From Alphaproteobacteria bacterium (GTDB lineage Bacteria; Pseudomonadota; Alphaproteobacteria; Rs-D84): 64,000 nucleotides of DNA. The stretch spans positions 13,741 through 77,740 of the forward strand of contig JAVBUT010000004.1 in assembly GCA_031555055.1 (NCBI GenBank), written 5' to 3'. Made by a program: the position numbers and the translations under genes. Positions 1 through 8,981 of this stretch are shown here, piece after piece; the first letter of the stretch is position 1; the number at the start of each line of letters is the position of its first letter. Below the pieces are notes generated by a model. The model was not told the DNA's origin. It was given only the letters and a program-made list of their open reading frames with translations, and made no database searches.

Positions 1-1038
1 AAGAAAGTAAACATGGAAAATCCGCTGTATATTCCGACTGCTGGCGAATTCTATTCGAAAACAGCCGCGGGCGTAATGTACAAGGAAGCCGATCACAGCC
101 TGGCTATGCAGGCCAAAGATCACGCCGGTGCGACCGAATGGCCGATTTACAGAATTTATGAAAATCTGGGCTTTGGTATTACCGACCGTTTGACTCTGCG
201 TGCCGCGATCGCATGGACCCAGGACGACGATATTGGCCGCAAAGGCATGTCCGAAGGCCGCTTGGGTCTGAACTATCGCATATTCGACGGTTCCGCGACA
301 GACGGATTCGTATGGGATATGTATGCGGACGCTTTCTTGGGTGGAATTTCCCCAATGGAAGCGGAACTGGTTGCGTCCCCGAACATGATGGGCGGCACAT
401 ACCCACTGTCATTTAACTATGACAACTATGCTAATGGTCGTTATGGCGTATGGTTGGGAACCCAGGTTGGTAAAACTTGGAACAAGTTCACAGCCGCCGC
501 ATTTGCCGAAGTTGAACGCACGTTCGGCAACGACAATACCGAAATCACTATTTCTGACAGTGCACGCACATTGATTGGTAATATGGTTGCGATGCAAACC
601 GGCAGCGCCCCTGTTGGTGCAGCATACGCCGCCGGATTACCTGAAACATTCAGTGTCGAAACAAAATCGACCTGGGAATACAGCGCCGGTATCAAAGGAT
701 TCTATGAATTCGAAAGCAACTGGGGTCTGGGTGGTGGATTTACATACAAGCACCGCAGCAGCAACAGCATCGAAGCTGTTAATCTGGAAAACTCCAGCGT
801 TGTGCCGAATGCTGCAACTGTTGCCGCAATAACCAGCAATCTAGAAGGCCAGTTCTTGGGCGATCTGCAGGACGGATGGGATGAATACATCTTTACCGCC
901 GCGGTTTCTCGCAAACTGTGCGATAATGTCCAGGTTGCGCTGTACGGCGAATATACATTCGACGATGCAGAACCAAAGTCCCAGAACGGAACTGATGTGA
1001 AAGTCGAAGGTGGCGTTCGCGTCAACGTTATGTTCTAA
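1..1038 (+). CDS. Outer-membrane beta-barrel (porin-like) protein, 5' end probably outside the window
   Basis: ORF 13..1038 stays open to base 1 in the same frame, and the first Met lacks a signal peptide. Gly/aromatic-rich alternating strands. C-terminus ...VRVNVMF has the terminal Phe typical of BAM substrates. A terminator hairpin follows. Confidence 0.7.
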   Translation, partial: KKVNMENPLYIPTAGEFYSKTAAGVMYKEADHSLAMQAKDHAGATEWPIYRIYENLGFGITDRLTLRAAIAWTQDDDIGRKGMSEGRLGLNYRIFDGSATDGFVWDMYADAFLGGISPMEAELVASPNMMGGTYPLSFNYDNYANGRYGVWLGTQVGKTWNKFTAAAFAEVERTFGNDNTEITISDSARTLIGNMVAMQTGSAPVGAAYAAGLPETFSVETKSTWEYSAGIKGFYEFESNWGLGGGFTYKHRSSNSIEAVNLENSSVVPNAATVAAITSNLEGQFLGDLQDGWDEYIFTAAVSRKLCDNVQVALYGEYTFDDAEPKSQNGTDVKVEGGVRVNVMF

Positions 1039-1067
1039 GAGGACTGTGAGTATTTATATTGGACACC

Positions 1068-1094
1068 AAACCGCCCATCCGGGCGGTTTGTTTT
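1068..1094 (+). terminator. Rho-independent terminator
   Basis: aaaCCGCCCatccGGGCGGtttgtttt: GC stem followed by a T-run directly after the stop of the upstream OMP gene. Confidence 0.8.
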
Positions 1095-1177
1095 ATCGCC
1101 CATATCAAAAGACGTTTTTACACTTTTTATCCATATGGTTTTATGATATAATACAGCATAAGAAAGATGGGAAGAGA

Positions 1178-2263
1178 ATGAAAAAAGCAGGTATTTCCGC
1201 TGTTTTGACTGCGATTGTTTTCGGGGTGCCGACGGTGTCGGGTGCCGCCTATCCGGTATATCCAGCGTATCAGAACAATAACTATGGCGTTGCCCAGCCG
1301 GTCGTCTATCAACCTGTCCCGCCGCAACAGGCAACCCAGGTTATCTATACGAATCCTTCTGCGGCCCAGCCGACGCGTATCACAGGCCAATTGCCGCGCG
1401 TGGGGTCAAATGCGACAAATTCCGGTCGCCAATATTATCAGCCGGCCGATTACGACAGGTTGGCGGACAGTGGTCTGTATTTCGGGCTGTCTGTTGCATA
1501 TTCTGCATCGGTCATGGGATCAATGAATGCCGATTATACGAGCGAGCCAAAGTCGTTCTTTGTCCCAGGTGCTTTCCAGCCCGCGGATTTCAAGGCGGAT
1601 GCGGTGATCCCAATCCAATTGTCCATCGGCGCGGCCATTAACAATGATTTTCGTGTTGATTTTTCTTATACGCGTTACGGCGGCATAGAATATCCGCAAA
1701 CAGTTGAAACATCCGACGGTGCCGGTGGCTTTGTCACGGCCCAGGCGTCCGGTGGTGCGATCACGGCGAATGCCACGATGCTGAACGTTTATTATAACAT
1801 CGATTCCTATACCGGATATATGGTTGGTGGATCATTGCGCCCATATATCGGCGCCGGTGTTGGTATCGCGTTGAACACTATTTCAGACTATGTTGTTTAT
1901 GACGGAACGTTTTATTCCGAAATGGACCCGACCCAGGCAAACGCAGGACAACTGACCGGTGTGTCGGACATTTATGCATATCACAGTGGCGGAACCAAGG
2001 AAAATCTGGCTTATATGCTGGAAGCGGGCGTAACAACCGAACTGGACGGCGGAATTAAATTGGATTTCTTTGCAAGATATTCTGGTCTGGGCAAGGTTCA
2101 AAATTCCGGCAGTATTGTCGTATCCCAAACAGAATGGCTGGGGGACGGCAATGGTGGCGAAGTCCAGGCGCCATACGACAGCGTTTATCATTATACAAAC
2201 TGGTATGAAAGTGGAAACCTGTCTACGGTTGATCTGGGTATCCGTATGAGATTACAGTTTTAA
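1178..2263 (+). CDS. Outer-membrane beta-barrel protein with Pro/Gln-rich N-terminal linker
   Basis: The internal start MKKAGISAVLTAIVFGVPTVSGAAYP is a signal peptide (ATG at 1178); the track ORF start at 1010 lies upstream of it. The C-terminus ...GIRMRLQF has the OMP signature, and the body has beta-strand periodicity. Confidence 0.75.
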   Translation: MKKAGISAVLTAIVFGVPTVSGAAYPVYPAYQNNNYGVAQPVVYQPVPPQQATQVIYTNPSAAQPTRITGQLPRVGSNATNSGRQYYQPADYDRLADSGLYFGLSVAYSASVMGSMNADYTSEPKSFFVPGAFQPADFKADAVIPIQLSIGAAINNDFRVDFSYTRYGGIEYPQTVETSDGAGGFVTAQASGGAITANATMLNVYYNIDSYTGYMVGGSLRPYIGAGVGIALNTISDYVVYDGTFYSEMDPTQANAGQLTGVSDIYAYHSGGTKENLAYMLEAGVTTELDGGIKLDFFARYSGLGKVQNSGSIVVSQTEWLGDGNGGEVQAPYDSVYHYTNWYESGNLSTVDLGIRMRLQF

Positions 2264-2311
2264 TGAAAAATAAAGAATGAAAAATGAAAAGTTTTTCGTT
2301 CAAAAATCGAA

Positions 2312-3949
2312 ATGACATTGATACAAAACAAATCTTTTCTGTTAAGTTTTTGCAAGACAGCCATTGGTTCATTTTTTGTTTTTCATTCTTCATTTTTTGT
2401 TTGTTCGCCGGCAGATGCCGCTATTCGCGTTGGGAACCAATCCCGCACTAATGCCGCCGCGTACCAGCAACTGAATCTGATGCAACAGGCCGCGTATAAC
2501 CAGGCCGTCGCACCGGCTGGCGTCAATGTTGATGACCTGGCTGTGCGCGTCGCGAACACCGATCTGGCGGAAAAAATCGCACGCGGTGATACTTCGATTG
2601 ATGTTAATAATGCGACATTGGAATCTTGCGCCGCAATTTATCCGACCGGACAATTCGCATGGGATGTGCCGACCGCCGGAACCAAAAAGGGTGGGGCGGC
2701 GACTTGCGTTGCGGTTGTTGAACTGCGCCAGGTCAAAGGAACCCAGGATATAGTTCTGGCGCGCGCAAATTTGGCGGCCGGCGACGCAATGGATTGCAAT
2801 ATCAATAATTTCCCGGAATCAGGATACACAGTTGACGCGGGTAATTTTGTATTTCCGGCGGATCGTGCGCCGACTGTTGACGACGTGATCAGCGTCATGA
2901 ACGACGAACAAAAAAAGAACGCCGGATTTAAAATCGCGGCGGGTACGGTTCTGGGCGGTGTCGGCGGAAATCTGTTAACGAAAAAAGATATAACCACCGG
3001 TAAAAAAGACGCGGGCACCACGGTTGTCGGCGCGCTGACGGGTGCGGCGATCATGGCGGGCAGTTCTTATGCAGGCAAGGTCGGCGGTGATATGATTCTG
3101 TCTTCTGGCGTCAATGCGGCGGCGGGCGCGGCGGTTGGCAATATTGTCGGCGGTGGCGAATCCGTATTGCGTATCGAAGACTGTATTGTGAATGATTCGA
3201 AAACAACATGTCTGTGGGGCGTGATCGAAGAAAGTAAAAAGTTGAACGGTGGCACCGCATACTATAATGTCGGTACCGGGGCGACCGCGGTTTGCAAAAC
3301 CAACGCGGTCGAAAGTTGCGAAAAAACGCGCCTGATCGCGATAAAGTTCGCAAATCCGTCCGACGCGGCCAAAGACAAGTCGCTGGAAGAAGCAATATCT
3401 GAACCGGCGTTTTTCAAAAATATTTCCAAAAGATTTACACTGGATGAACAGCATAATAAAATGACGCCCGGCGGTGAAGAATGGATCGAAATCAAATCCG
3501 CAGGAACCCCCGGTGATCGCACGCCGGCCATGATTTCCGGTATCAGCGACAAGACGTTTGGCCTGAAAATGAAAGACTGGTACAAAATTCGCGGAACAAT
3601 TACCGAAGGCCAACTGGCGGCGCGCAAATCCGACGGCAGCTCTTATAAGCTGGATGACAAGAAAAAATGGAATGTTAACGACTTTTATCCGATGACCGTT
3701 GACGCAACCGACGGCGGCATAATCGACATCAATAACAAGGCACGCATGTCAGGCACGCTGATCGGGGCGGGCGCAGGCGCGGGATTGGGCGCGTTCACCG
3801 CGTACCAGGGCGCGACCGAAGAAATTGACGCGCGATGGGTGTCGTCTGTCCAGGAATACAAAGATTCGTTGCAAAAGGTTTATTGCGGAACCGGCACGCG
3901 TTTTCTGTCGCAATACAACAGTCTGACCGTAATTCCAAATATGCAATAA
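2312..3949 (+). CDS. Hypothetical secreted or membrane protein with Gly/Ala-rich hydrophobic segments
   Basis: 545-aa ORF with a hydrophobic N-terminus (...FFVCSPADAA). Contains Gly-rich stretches (GTVLGGVGGNLL, GAAIMAGSSYAG, LIGAGAGAGLGAF). I recognise no family. Confidence 0.6.
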   Translation: MTLIQNKSFLLSFCKTAIGSFFVFHSSFFVCSPADAAIRVGNQSRTNAAAYQQLNLMQQAAYNQAVAPAGVNVDDLAVRVANTDLAEKIARGDTSIDVNNATLESCAAIYPTGQFAWDVPTAGTKKGGAATCVAVVELRQVKGTQDIVLARANLAAGDAMDCNINNFPESGYTVDAGNFVFPADRAPTVDDVISVMNDEQKKNAGFKIAAGTVLGGVGGNLLTKKDITTGKKDAGTTVVGALTGAAIMAGSSYAGKVGGDMILSSGVNAAAGAAVGNIVGGGESVLRIEDCIVNDSKTTCLWGVIEESKKLNGGTAYYNVGTGATAVCKTNAVESCEKTRLIAIKFANPSDAAKDKSLEEAISEPAFFKNISKRFTLDEQHNKMTPGGEEWIEIKSAGTPGDRTPAMISGISDKTFGLKMKDWYKIRGTITEGQLAARKSDGSSYKLDDKKKWNVNDFYPMTVDATDGGIIDINNKARMSGTLIGAGAGAGLGAFTAYQGATEEIDARWVSSVQEYKDSLQKVYCGTGTRFLSQYNSLTVIPNMQ

Positions 3950-3950
3950 A

Positions 3951-3974
3951 ATTCCCGCAAAGGCGGGATTTTTA
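3951..3974. terminator. Bidirectional terminator hairpin
   Basis: attCCCGCaaagGCGGGattttta lies between convergent genes 2312..3949 (+) and 3972..5261 (-). Confidence 0.7.
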
Positions 3975-5261
3975 TTTTAGCTTATACGCCAGTACCAGCG
4001 GAACAAATTTGTCGGCGTATTCGCCGATCCAGTCCCGCGGGATTTTCAAGGCATTTCTTTGGCCGGCAGACATCTTTGGCAAATGTTCGTCTGACGCGGC
4101 GTTGATTATTTCATGCAATGTGACATCGATCTTTTGATCCCCTGGCAGAATAAATGTAATTGTTGCGCCCGCACGGATTTCATTCCTTAATTCCATAACG
4201 ATATGATCATTATTAACCGCGGTAACAACACCGGCGGCCTGGTATTCGGAATTTGACCGCGTAGTATCATAATTATGCGCGTCCGGCGTCACAGGGCCGT
4301 CAAAGAACGCGGTTGTGTATCCGCGCGTCTCCAGCACGTCCAGATCACTCATAAACGGCGCAGGATCGAAATTATCAGGATCGCGTGCCCATGCGTCAAT
4401 CGCGTTGCGGTATGCACGCACGACACTGCCTACGTAATATTCGGACCGGTTGCGTCCTTCGATTTTTAAAGAATCTGGTTTCGCGGCCAGAATTTCGGAC
4501 AAGCGCGGCATCAGGCATAAATCCTTGCTGTTCATTATATACGCGCCGCGATCGTCTTCTGTTAATCCCATTTCCAGACCGGATTCAACCTCTCGCAAGA
4601 TCACATCATATTTCCAGCGACACAATTGCGCGCAAGCGCCGCGGTTCGCCGGACGACCGGTTATATAATTTGATAATAAACAACGCCCAGAATAGCTCAT
4701 ACACATTGCGCCATGGACGAATATCTCTAGACCGATATCGGGGCACTGTTCGCGGATATTTTTGAATTCCGGGAAAGATACTTCGCGTGCCAGAACACAC
4801 AGCGACGCTCCGGCGTTCTGCCAGAATTTGACCGTCGGTGCCGAACAGATATTCGCCTGGGTCGAAATATGGATCGGAATATCCGGATGATTTTCGCGCA
4901 CGTACATCATGATCCCGGCGTCCGCCACGATCAGCGCGTCGGGCTGCAGATAATTTATAACTTCGCTGACCCTGGGCAGGTTTTCGTAATCACGATCATG
5001 TGCGAACAGGTTGAACGCCAAATAAACTTTTTTCCCATGTGCATGGGCGAATTCGATACCGGCCTTCATTTCATCCACGGTGATCTTGGCCCGCGCCCGC
5101 ATTGAAAAACCGGGCAGTCCGGCATAGACCGCGTCCGCGCCATAGAGTATCGCGGTTTTCAATCCGTCCAGCGTTCCCGCCGGCGCCAAAAGTTCTGGTT
5201 TAATTCCCCTAACTCGGAGGGGTGCCAGCGCTGTTGCGGCGCGACGGGGAGGGTTAGCCAT
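3972..5261 (-). CDS. Peptidase U32 family protein (YhbU/YegQ/TrhP-like)
   Basis: 429 aa. N-terminal ELLAPAGTLDGLKTAILYGADAVYAG, and a central Cys-rich ...MSYSGRCLLSNY...GACAQLCRW motif, both typical of the U32 family. Confidence 0.85.
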   Translation of the reverse strand: MANPPRRAATALAPLRVRGIKPELLAPAGTLDGLKTAILYGADAVYAGLPGFSMRARAKITVDEMKAGIEFAHAHGKKVYLAFNLFAHDRDYENLPRVSEVINYLQPDALIVADAGIMMYVRENHPDIPIHISTQANICSAPTVKFWQNAGASLCVLAREVSFPEFKNIREQCPDIGLEIFVHGAMCMSYSGRCLLSNYITGRPANRGACAQLCRWKYDVILREVESGLEMGLTEDDRGAYIMNSKDLCLMPRLSEILAAKPDSLKIEGRNRSEYYVGSVVRAYRNAIDAWARDPDNFDPAPFMSDLDVLETRGYTTAFFDGPVTPDAHNYDTTRSNSEYQAAGVVTAVNNDHIVMELRNEIRAGATITFILPGDQKIDVTLHEIINAASDEHLPKMSAGQRNALKIPRDWIGEYADKFVPLVLAYKLK

Positions 5262-5324
5262 ATTTTGTTCTTTTTTATTTTCACGTTATTATGGCGCATA
5301 TTTTCATAAAATCAACATTTTGGC

Positions 5325-5353
5325 TTGAAATTCTGAAAATAAACAGTTATACT
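5325..5353 (+). promoter_or_regulatory. Sigma70-type promoter of tRNA-Thr
   Basis: TTGAAA, 17-nt spacer, TATACT. The -10 element ends 9 nt before the tRNA 5' end. Confidence 0.7.
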
Positions 5354-5362
5354 GCGACGCAC

Positions 5363-5438
5363 GCCGGTTTAGCTCAGTTGGTAGAGCGGCTGATTTGTAA
5401 TCAGTAGGTCGTTGGTTCAAGTCCGACAACCGGCACCA
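5363..5438 (+). tRNA. tRNA-Thr (anticodon UGU)
   Basis: Cloverleaf by eye: acceptor GCCGGTT/AACCGGC, anticodon arm GCTGA-TTTGTAA-TCAGT, T arm GTTGG-TTCAAGT-CCGAC, encoded CCA. Confidence 0.95.
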
Positions 5439-5551
5439 GGCTTCGCTCTTCAAGCTACGCCTGGCTTACGCCAGTAAGCCAGGCAGCGAGGAGTTAGCGA
5501 AGACTAGCCCGGCGAAACGTAGTGAAGCCCGGGCAGCTGAGAGCAAATATA

Positions 5552-5700
5552 ATGTTTTACGTTTATCTCATTAAAAGCATTAATTTCCCTGAATAAAAAT
5601 ATATCGGATTTTCGACAAACCCGAAACAGCGCTTACAAGATCATAATGATGAAAGGTCTGTTCATACGTGCCCATCGTAGTCTTGGTGAAGGTCGGGCCA
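5552..5700 (+). pseudogene. Decayed GIY-YIG nuclease family gene
   Basis: Translation is MFYVYLIKSINFPE*KYIGFSTNPKQRLQDHNDERSVHTCPS*SW*. This matches the GIY-YIG N-terminal pattern (YVY...YIG.T.n...RL..HN.g.s.hT...PW) but carries in-frame TAA, TAG and TGA. Confidence 0.7.
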
Positions 5701-5765
5701 GTACAGTCAGATAATGCTGTTAACGGACGCCAAAAGCGTCCGTAATTATATGTTTTTTATTGTCT

Positions 5766-6329
5766 TTAAACCAATCTTTCCCCAACCATATCCCAATTGA
5801 CCAAATGCGCCAGGTATGCATCAATAAAATCGCCGCGGCGGTTCTGGTAATCCAGGTAATAGGCATGCTCCCACACGTCAATGGTCAGTATCGGTTTAAT
5901 TCCGTGCGCAATCGGCGTATCGGCGTTTGCGGTCGTGATTACTTTTGGTTTTCCATTTTCCAAGACAATCCACGCCCAACCGGAACCGAATACAGACAGT
6001 GCAGCAGCGCGAAATTCCGGAATCAGTGATTCAAGATCAGTTGGGATTTTCGACCCGTTGTCGCGCGCCATCGTCCGAAAGAAAAAGTCATGGTTGAAAA
6101 CCTGGGCCGCATTGTTGAATATCTTTTTCGCATTTTCATCCGATGCGGATTTTACGATTATTTCATCCAGCGATAATTTTTCATATTCCGTGCCGGCAAT
6201 CAGGTCGTTCAGATTTTTTATATACGTTGCCAAGTGTTTGCCGTGATGAAAATTAATCGTGTTTTCCGACATGTATGGCTCAAACACATTTGCGGCAAAA
6301 ACCAATGGGTATTGTTCTAATTTGAACAT
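5766..6329 (-). CDS. sodB: Superoxide dismutase, Fe type
   Basis: FHHGKHLATYIKNLN, NNAAQVFNHDFFF and DVWEHAYYLDYQNRR are canonical Fe/Mn-SOD motifs. The AAQVFNH context favours the Fe type. Confidence 0.93.
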   Translation of the reverse strand: MFKLEQYPLVFAANVFEPYMSENTINFHHGKHLATYIKNLNDLIAGTEYEKLSLDEIIVKSASDENAKKIFNNAAQVFNHDFFFRTMARDNGSKIPTDLESLIPEFRAAALSVFGSGWAWIVLENGKPKVITTANADTPIAHGIKPILTIDVWEHAYYLDYQNRRGDFIDAYLAHLVNWDMVGERLV

Positions 6330-6467
6330 GTAAAACTCCTTTTTTCCATTACTGTATTTGTAGCATTTTTACCGACGATTGCAATAGGACAGTTTATTAA
6401 AAAAATATATCTTGCGCGCACTGGTTTCACTACTCTATAATCTGATCACCAAAGGAGAAAATATTTC

Positions 6468-6935
6468 ATGAAAAAAATTATGTTAAGTGCGCTGGCTTCG
6501 GCGTTATATTTCACCACTGCCGGCGCAGCCGATCTGACGCTGTATTATTCGCCGTCTTGCCCGCATTGTCACCATGCGCGCGATTTTATCAATAACGAGC
6601 TGGTATATGAATACCCGAACATCAGCGTTGATATGCTGAACCTGGGCCAGGGCGACAATATAACCGCATTCCGTGCGGCGCTGGAAAAATGCGAATACAA
6701 ATCCGGTGGCGTTCCAGTCATTGTTGCGAATGGCAAATGCTTTCAGGGATATGCTGATTTCATGAAGGACGATCTGCGCGCGGCGGTATCTGCGAATATG
6801 TCTGATGCGGACAAAACCACGGCCGACGCAAACCGCAAGGCAATGGCGGCCGATCCAGAAAAATTCCGCGCCGATCACGCAGCCAGCAAAGGAAAAATCA
6901 CAGAACGCATTGACGGCGATCAAAAAAAAAAATAA
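6468..6935 (+). CDS. Periplasmic thioredoxin-fold protein (CPHC active site), possibly frameshifted at its 3' end
   Basis: Signal peptide MKKIMLSALASALYFTTAGAA and an SCPHCHH redox motif. The ORF ends inside an A11 tract (6922..6932). The next frame continues into a TM helix plus a KKKK anchor up to 7044. Confidence 0.75.
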   Translation: MKKIMLSALASALYFTTAGAADLTLYYSPSCPHCHHARDFINNELVYEYPNISVDMLNLGQGDNITAFRAALEKCEYKSGGVPVIVANGKCFQGYADFMKDDLRAAVSANMSDADKTTADANRKAMAADPEKFRADHAASKGKITERIDGDQKKK

Positions 6936-7055
6936 CGAAGGCGATGTAACCGACAGCGATGGCACAGCGATGTATTTTTACATTCTGCTGGGCGTTTTGG
7001 TGTTGGGGCTGGTGTTCGTTCTGACAAGAAAAAAGAAGAAATAGGATCATAAAAA

Positions 7056-7847
7056 ATGTTTGATCTGACGACTTTGGATTATGTTTATCTGGGCGTGGTT
7101 CTGGCGTCGACGGTATGGGCGACAATCCGCGGCGGCGTTTATGAAACCGTTGCGACGATTTCTTGGATCGTTGCGGCGATCACCGCGCGTTTTGTGTCGC
7201 CAATGCTGGACGGGTTGTTCCAAAGCTGGTTTAAGCTGTCGGAATCGACGATCGGCACGCTGGTCGCGTCGTACTTTTTGATCTTTTTCGTGATACTGGT
7301 CATATTCGGCTTTTTTAATCAAAAGCTGCGCGATCGTATCCAGGAAAGCATGATGAAGGTAACAGACCACACGCTGGGGGTTATATTCGGCATTATCCGT
7401 GGGATCATCCTGATGGGTTTGGTCTATTGGGGCGCGCTGTGGTACTATTCCGATATGCCGACATTGCCGGACTTTGTGACAAACGCGCGTACGCGCCCCG
7501 TGATGCAGCTGACCGCGGTCAAAATCCAGGACTGGTTCATACCCGGTGAAAACAAGCTGTTGGAACGTGATATGACCGGCACGCAACAGGCCGAAGAAAT
7601 ATATAACAACCTGATTAATCCGGCGGTAGAACCCAAAAAGGAATCAGTGGTCAGTAATCAGGAACCAGTGATCAAAAATCAGGAAACAGAGCATAAGGCT
7701 GATGTGAAAAAAACAGTCGATGCGGCCCCGGTTGTCGTGCCGGAAACTGGATACAAAAGCTCTGAACGAACTGCGCTGGAAAACCAATTGTTACAGATTG
7801 AAACCGCCGCACGCGCCGAAGAAAAAAAGAACGGCATGCACGAATAA
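7056..7847 (+). CDS. cvpA: CvpA family membrane protein with repeat-bearing C-terminal extension
   Basis: N-terminal MFDLTTLDYVYLGVVLASTVWATIRGGVYE and four hydrophobic helices typical of CvpA. The C-terminal tail contains heptanucleotide-repeat-encoded SVVSNQEPVIKNQ. Confidence 0.8.
   Translation: MFDLTTLDYVYLGVVLASTVWATIRGGVYETVATISWIVAAITARFVSPMLDGLFQSWFKLSESTIGTLVASYFLIFFVILVIFGFFNQKLRDRIQESMMKVTDHTLGVIFGIIRGIILMGLVYWGALWYYSDMPTLPDFVTNARTRPVMQLTAVKIQDWFIPGENKLLERDMTGTQQAEEIYNNLINPAVEPKKESVVSNQEPVIKNQETEHKADVKKTVDAAPVVVPETGYKSSERTALENQLLQIETAARAEEKKNGMHE
7645..7693 (+). repeat. Tandem heptanucleotide array (CAGNNNN, about 7 units) inside the cvpA coding sequence
   Basis: Units read cagtggt cagtaat caggaac cagtgat caaaaat caggaaa cagagca. 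Confidence 0.8.
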
Positions 7848-7874
7848 AAAAACCGGGTTGATCCCGGTTTTTTT
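7846..7874. terminator. Bidirectional terminator
   Basis: aaaaaaaCCGGGttgatCCCGGttttttta lies between convergent cvpA and the ferredoxin gene. Confidence 0.85.
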
Positions 7875-8094
7875 ATTTTGCCGTTGGCGTGGCCGGCTTT
7901 GGCGCTGGCGGCATATCGACCGCGATTGCCATCACCGGGCATATACCCGCGCATGTTCCGCAAGATATGCATTTCGCCGGGTCGATTTTACACTTGCCCG
8001 GATTGCCGGTGTCGTCCGCAATCGCCATCACCGGGCATACGCCCATGCACGCGTGGCATCCGATACATGAATTTGGATTGATTTTATAAACCAT
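7873..8094 (-). CDS. 2x[4Fe-4S] ferredoxin
   Basis: 73 aa with two CxxCxxCxxxCP motifs (CIGCHACMGVCP and CISCGTCAGICP). Confidence 0.9.
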   Translation of the reverse strand: MVYKINPNSCIGCHACMGVCPVMAIADDTGNPGKCKIDPAKCISCGTCAGICPVMAIAVDMPPAPKPATPTAK

Positions 8095-8110
8095 TTGCTG
8101 TCCTTGTTTT

Positions 8111-8851
8111 TTAATTGTTTCTGTTTAACAGGCCCAGGATATACTGGAACATCGCGATGAACGAAATATACAGGTGCAACGCCCCCAGTACGGCCAACTG
8201 GTCTTTTTGATAATCATCGCCCATGTCGGCGTATGCGCGTTTCAAGAACTGCATGTCATACGCGGTAAACAGTGCGAATACCAGAACGCCGACCAGACAT
8301 ACGATCGTGGCGAACGTGCTGCCCAGTGGGATGAATATCGAAACAACGCCGGTGATCAGCAGACCGATCATGCCGATAAACAGGAATATGCCCAAAAAGG
8401 AAAGGTCTTTGACGGTCTTGTATCCGAACATCGCCATACAGCCGAACATCAGCGCAGCGATTATAAACGCATAAACGATCGTCATCGGGTTCATGTACAG
8501 TGCGCCCGCAATCAGTGGCGTCAGACCCAAACCAATCAATATGGAATACAGCGCCAGCATCAGCATTGCGGTTGCCGGCTTCATCGAAAAGGCGCGCGCC
8601 TGGGCCCAAATGGACAGCCCTAGTCCGCCAAACATGATAACATAGTACAGGCCCGTCAGACCGTGTGGTCCGACCAACAGCGGCCATCCGCCGAACGCCA
8701 GCATACAGAAAGTCGCAATCGCGGTCAGTCCCACCGCGCCGAACATCAAAGTGAATATGCGTTTCAGATACAGTTCGACACCGCCGCCGCGCGCCGGTTT
8801 TACAGGGGCCGGTTTAGAGGCGGTTTTCACAGCCGTCTTTTTTACAACCAT
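8111..8851 (-). CDS. Bax inhibitor-1/YccA family membrane protein
   Basis: Seven hydrophobic helices, and the C-terminal ...GALHLYISFIAMFQYILGLLN is typical of BI-1/YccA. Start chosen at MVVKKTAV (ATG at 8851), which is preceded by GGAGAA; the track ORF extends to 8929. Confidence 0.8.
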   Translation of the reverse strand: MVVKKTAVKTASKPAPVKPARGGGVELYLKRIFTLMFGAVGLTAIATFCMLAFGGWPLLVGPHGLTGLYYVIMFGGLGLSIWAQARAFSMKPATAMLMLALYSILIGLGLTPLIAGALYMNPMTIVYAFIIAALMFGCMAMFGYKTVKDLSFLGIFLFIGMIGLLITGVVSIFIPLGSTFATIVCLVGVLVFALFTAYDMQFLKRAYADMGDDYQKDQLAVLGALHLYISFIAMFQYILGLLNRNN

Positions 8852-8981
8852 AATTTTTCTCCTTGTTATTAGCAAGGGCAATATAATATAGTGACACTGG
8901 TATTTCAAGGATAAAAAAGAATATGTCATGTCCGGTAAAATAAAAACATCGGTACCATGAAATGATATAGGGGAGAAAAAT

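Noticed and set aside
6805-7044. ORF 6805..7044 as an independent 79-aa gene.
   Set aside because: Its 5' two-thirds overlaps the thioredoxin-like gene in another frame and has a nonsense-like composition. Only the last ~37 codons (a linker, a TM helix and a KKKK anchor) look meaningful. These are better explained as the frameshifted C-terminus of the upstream gene, or at most a 24-aa micro-ORF.
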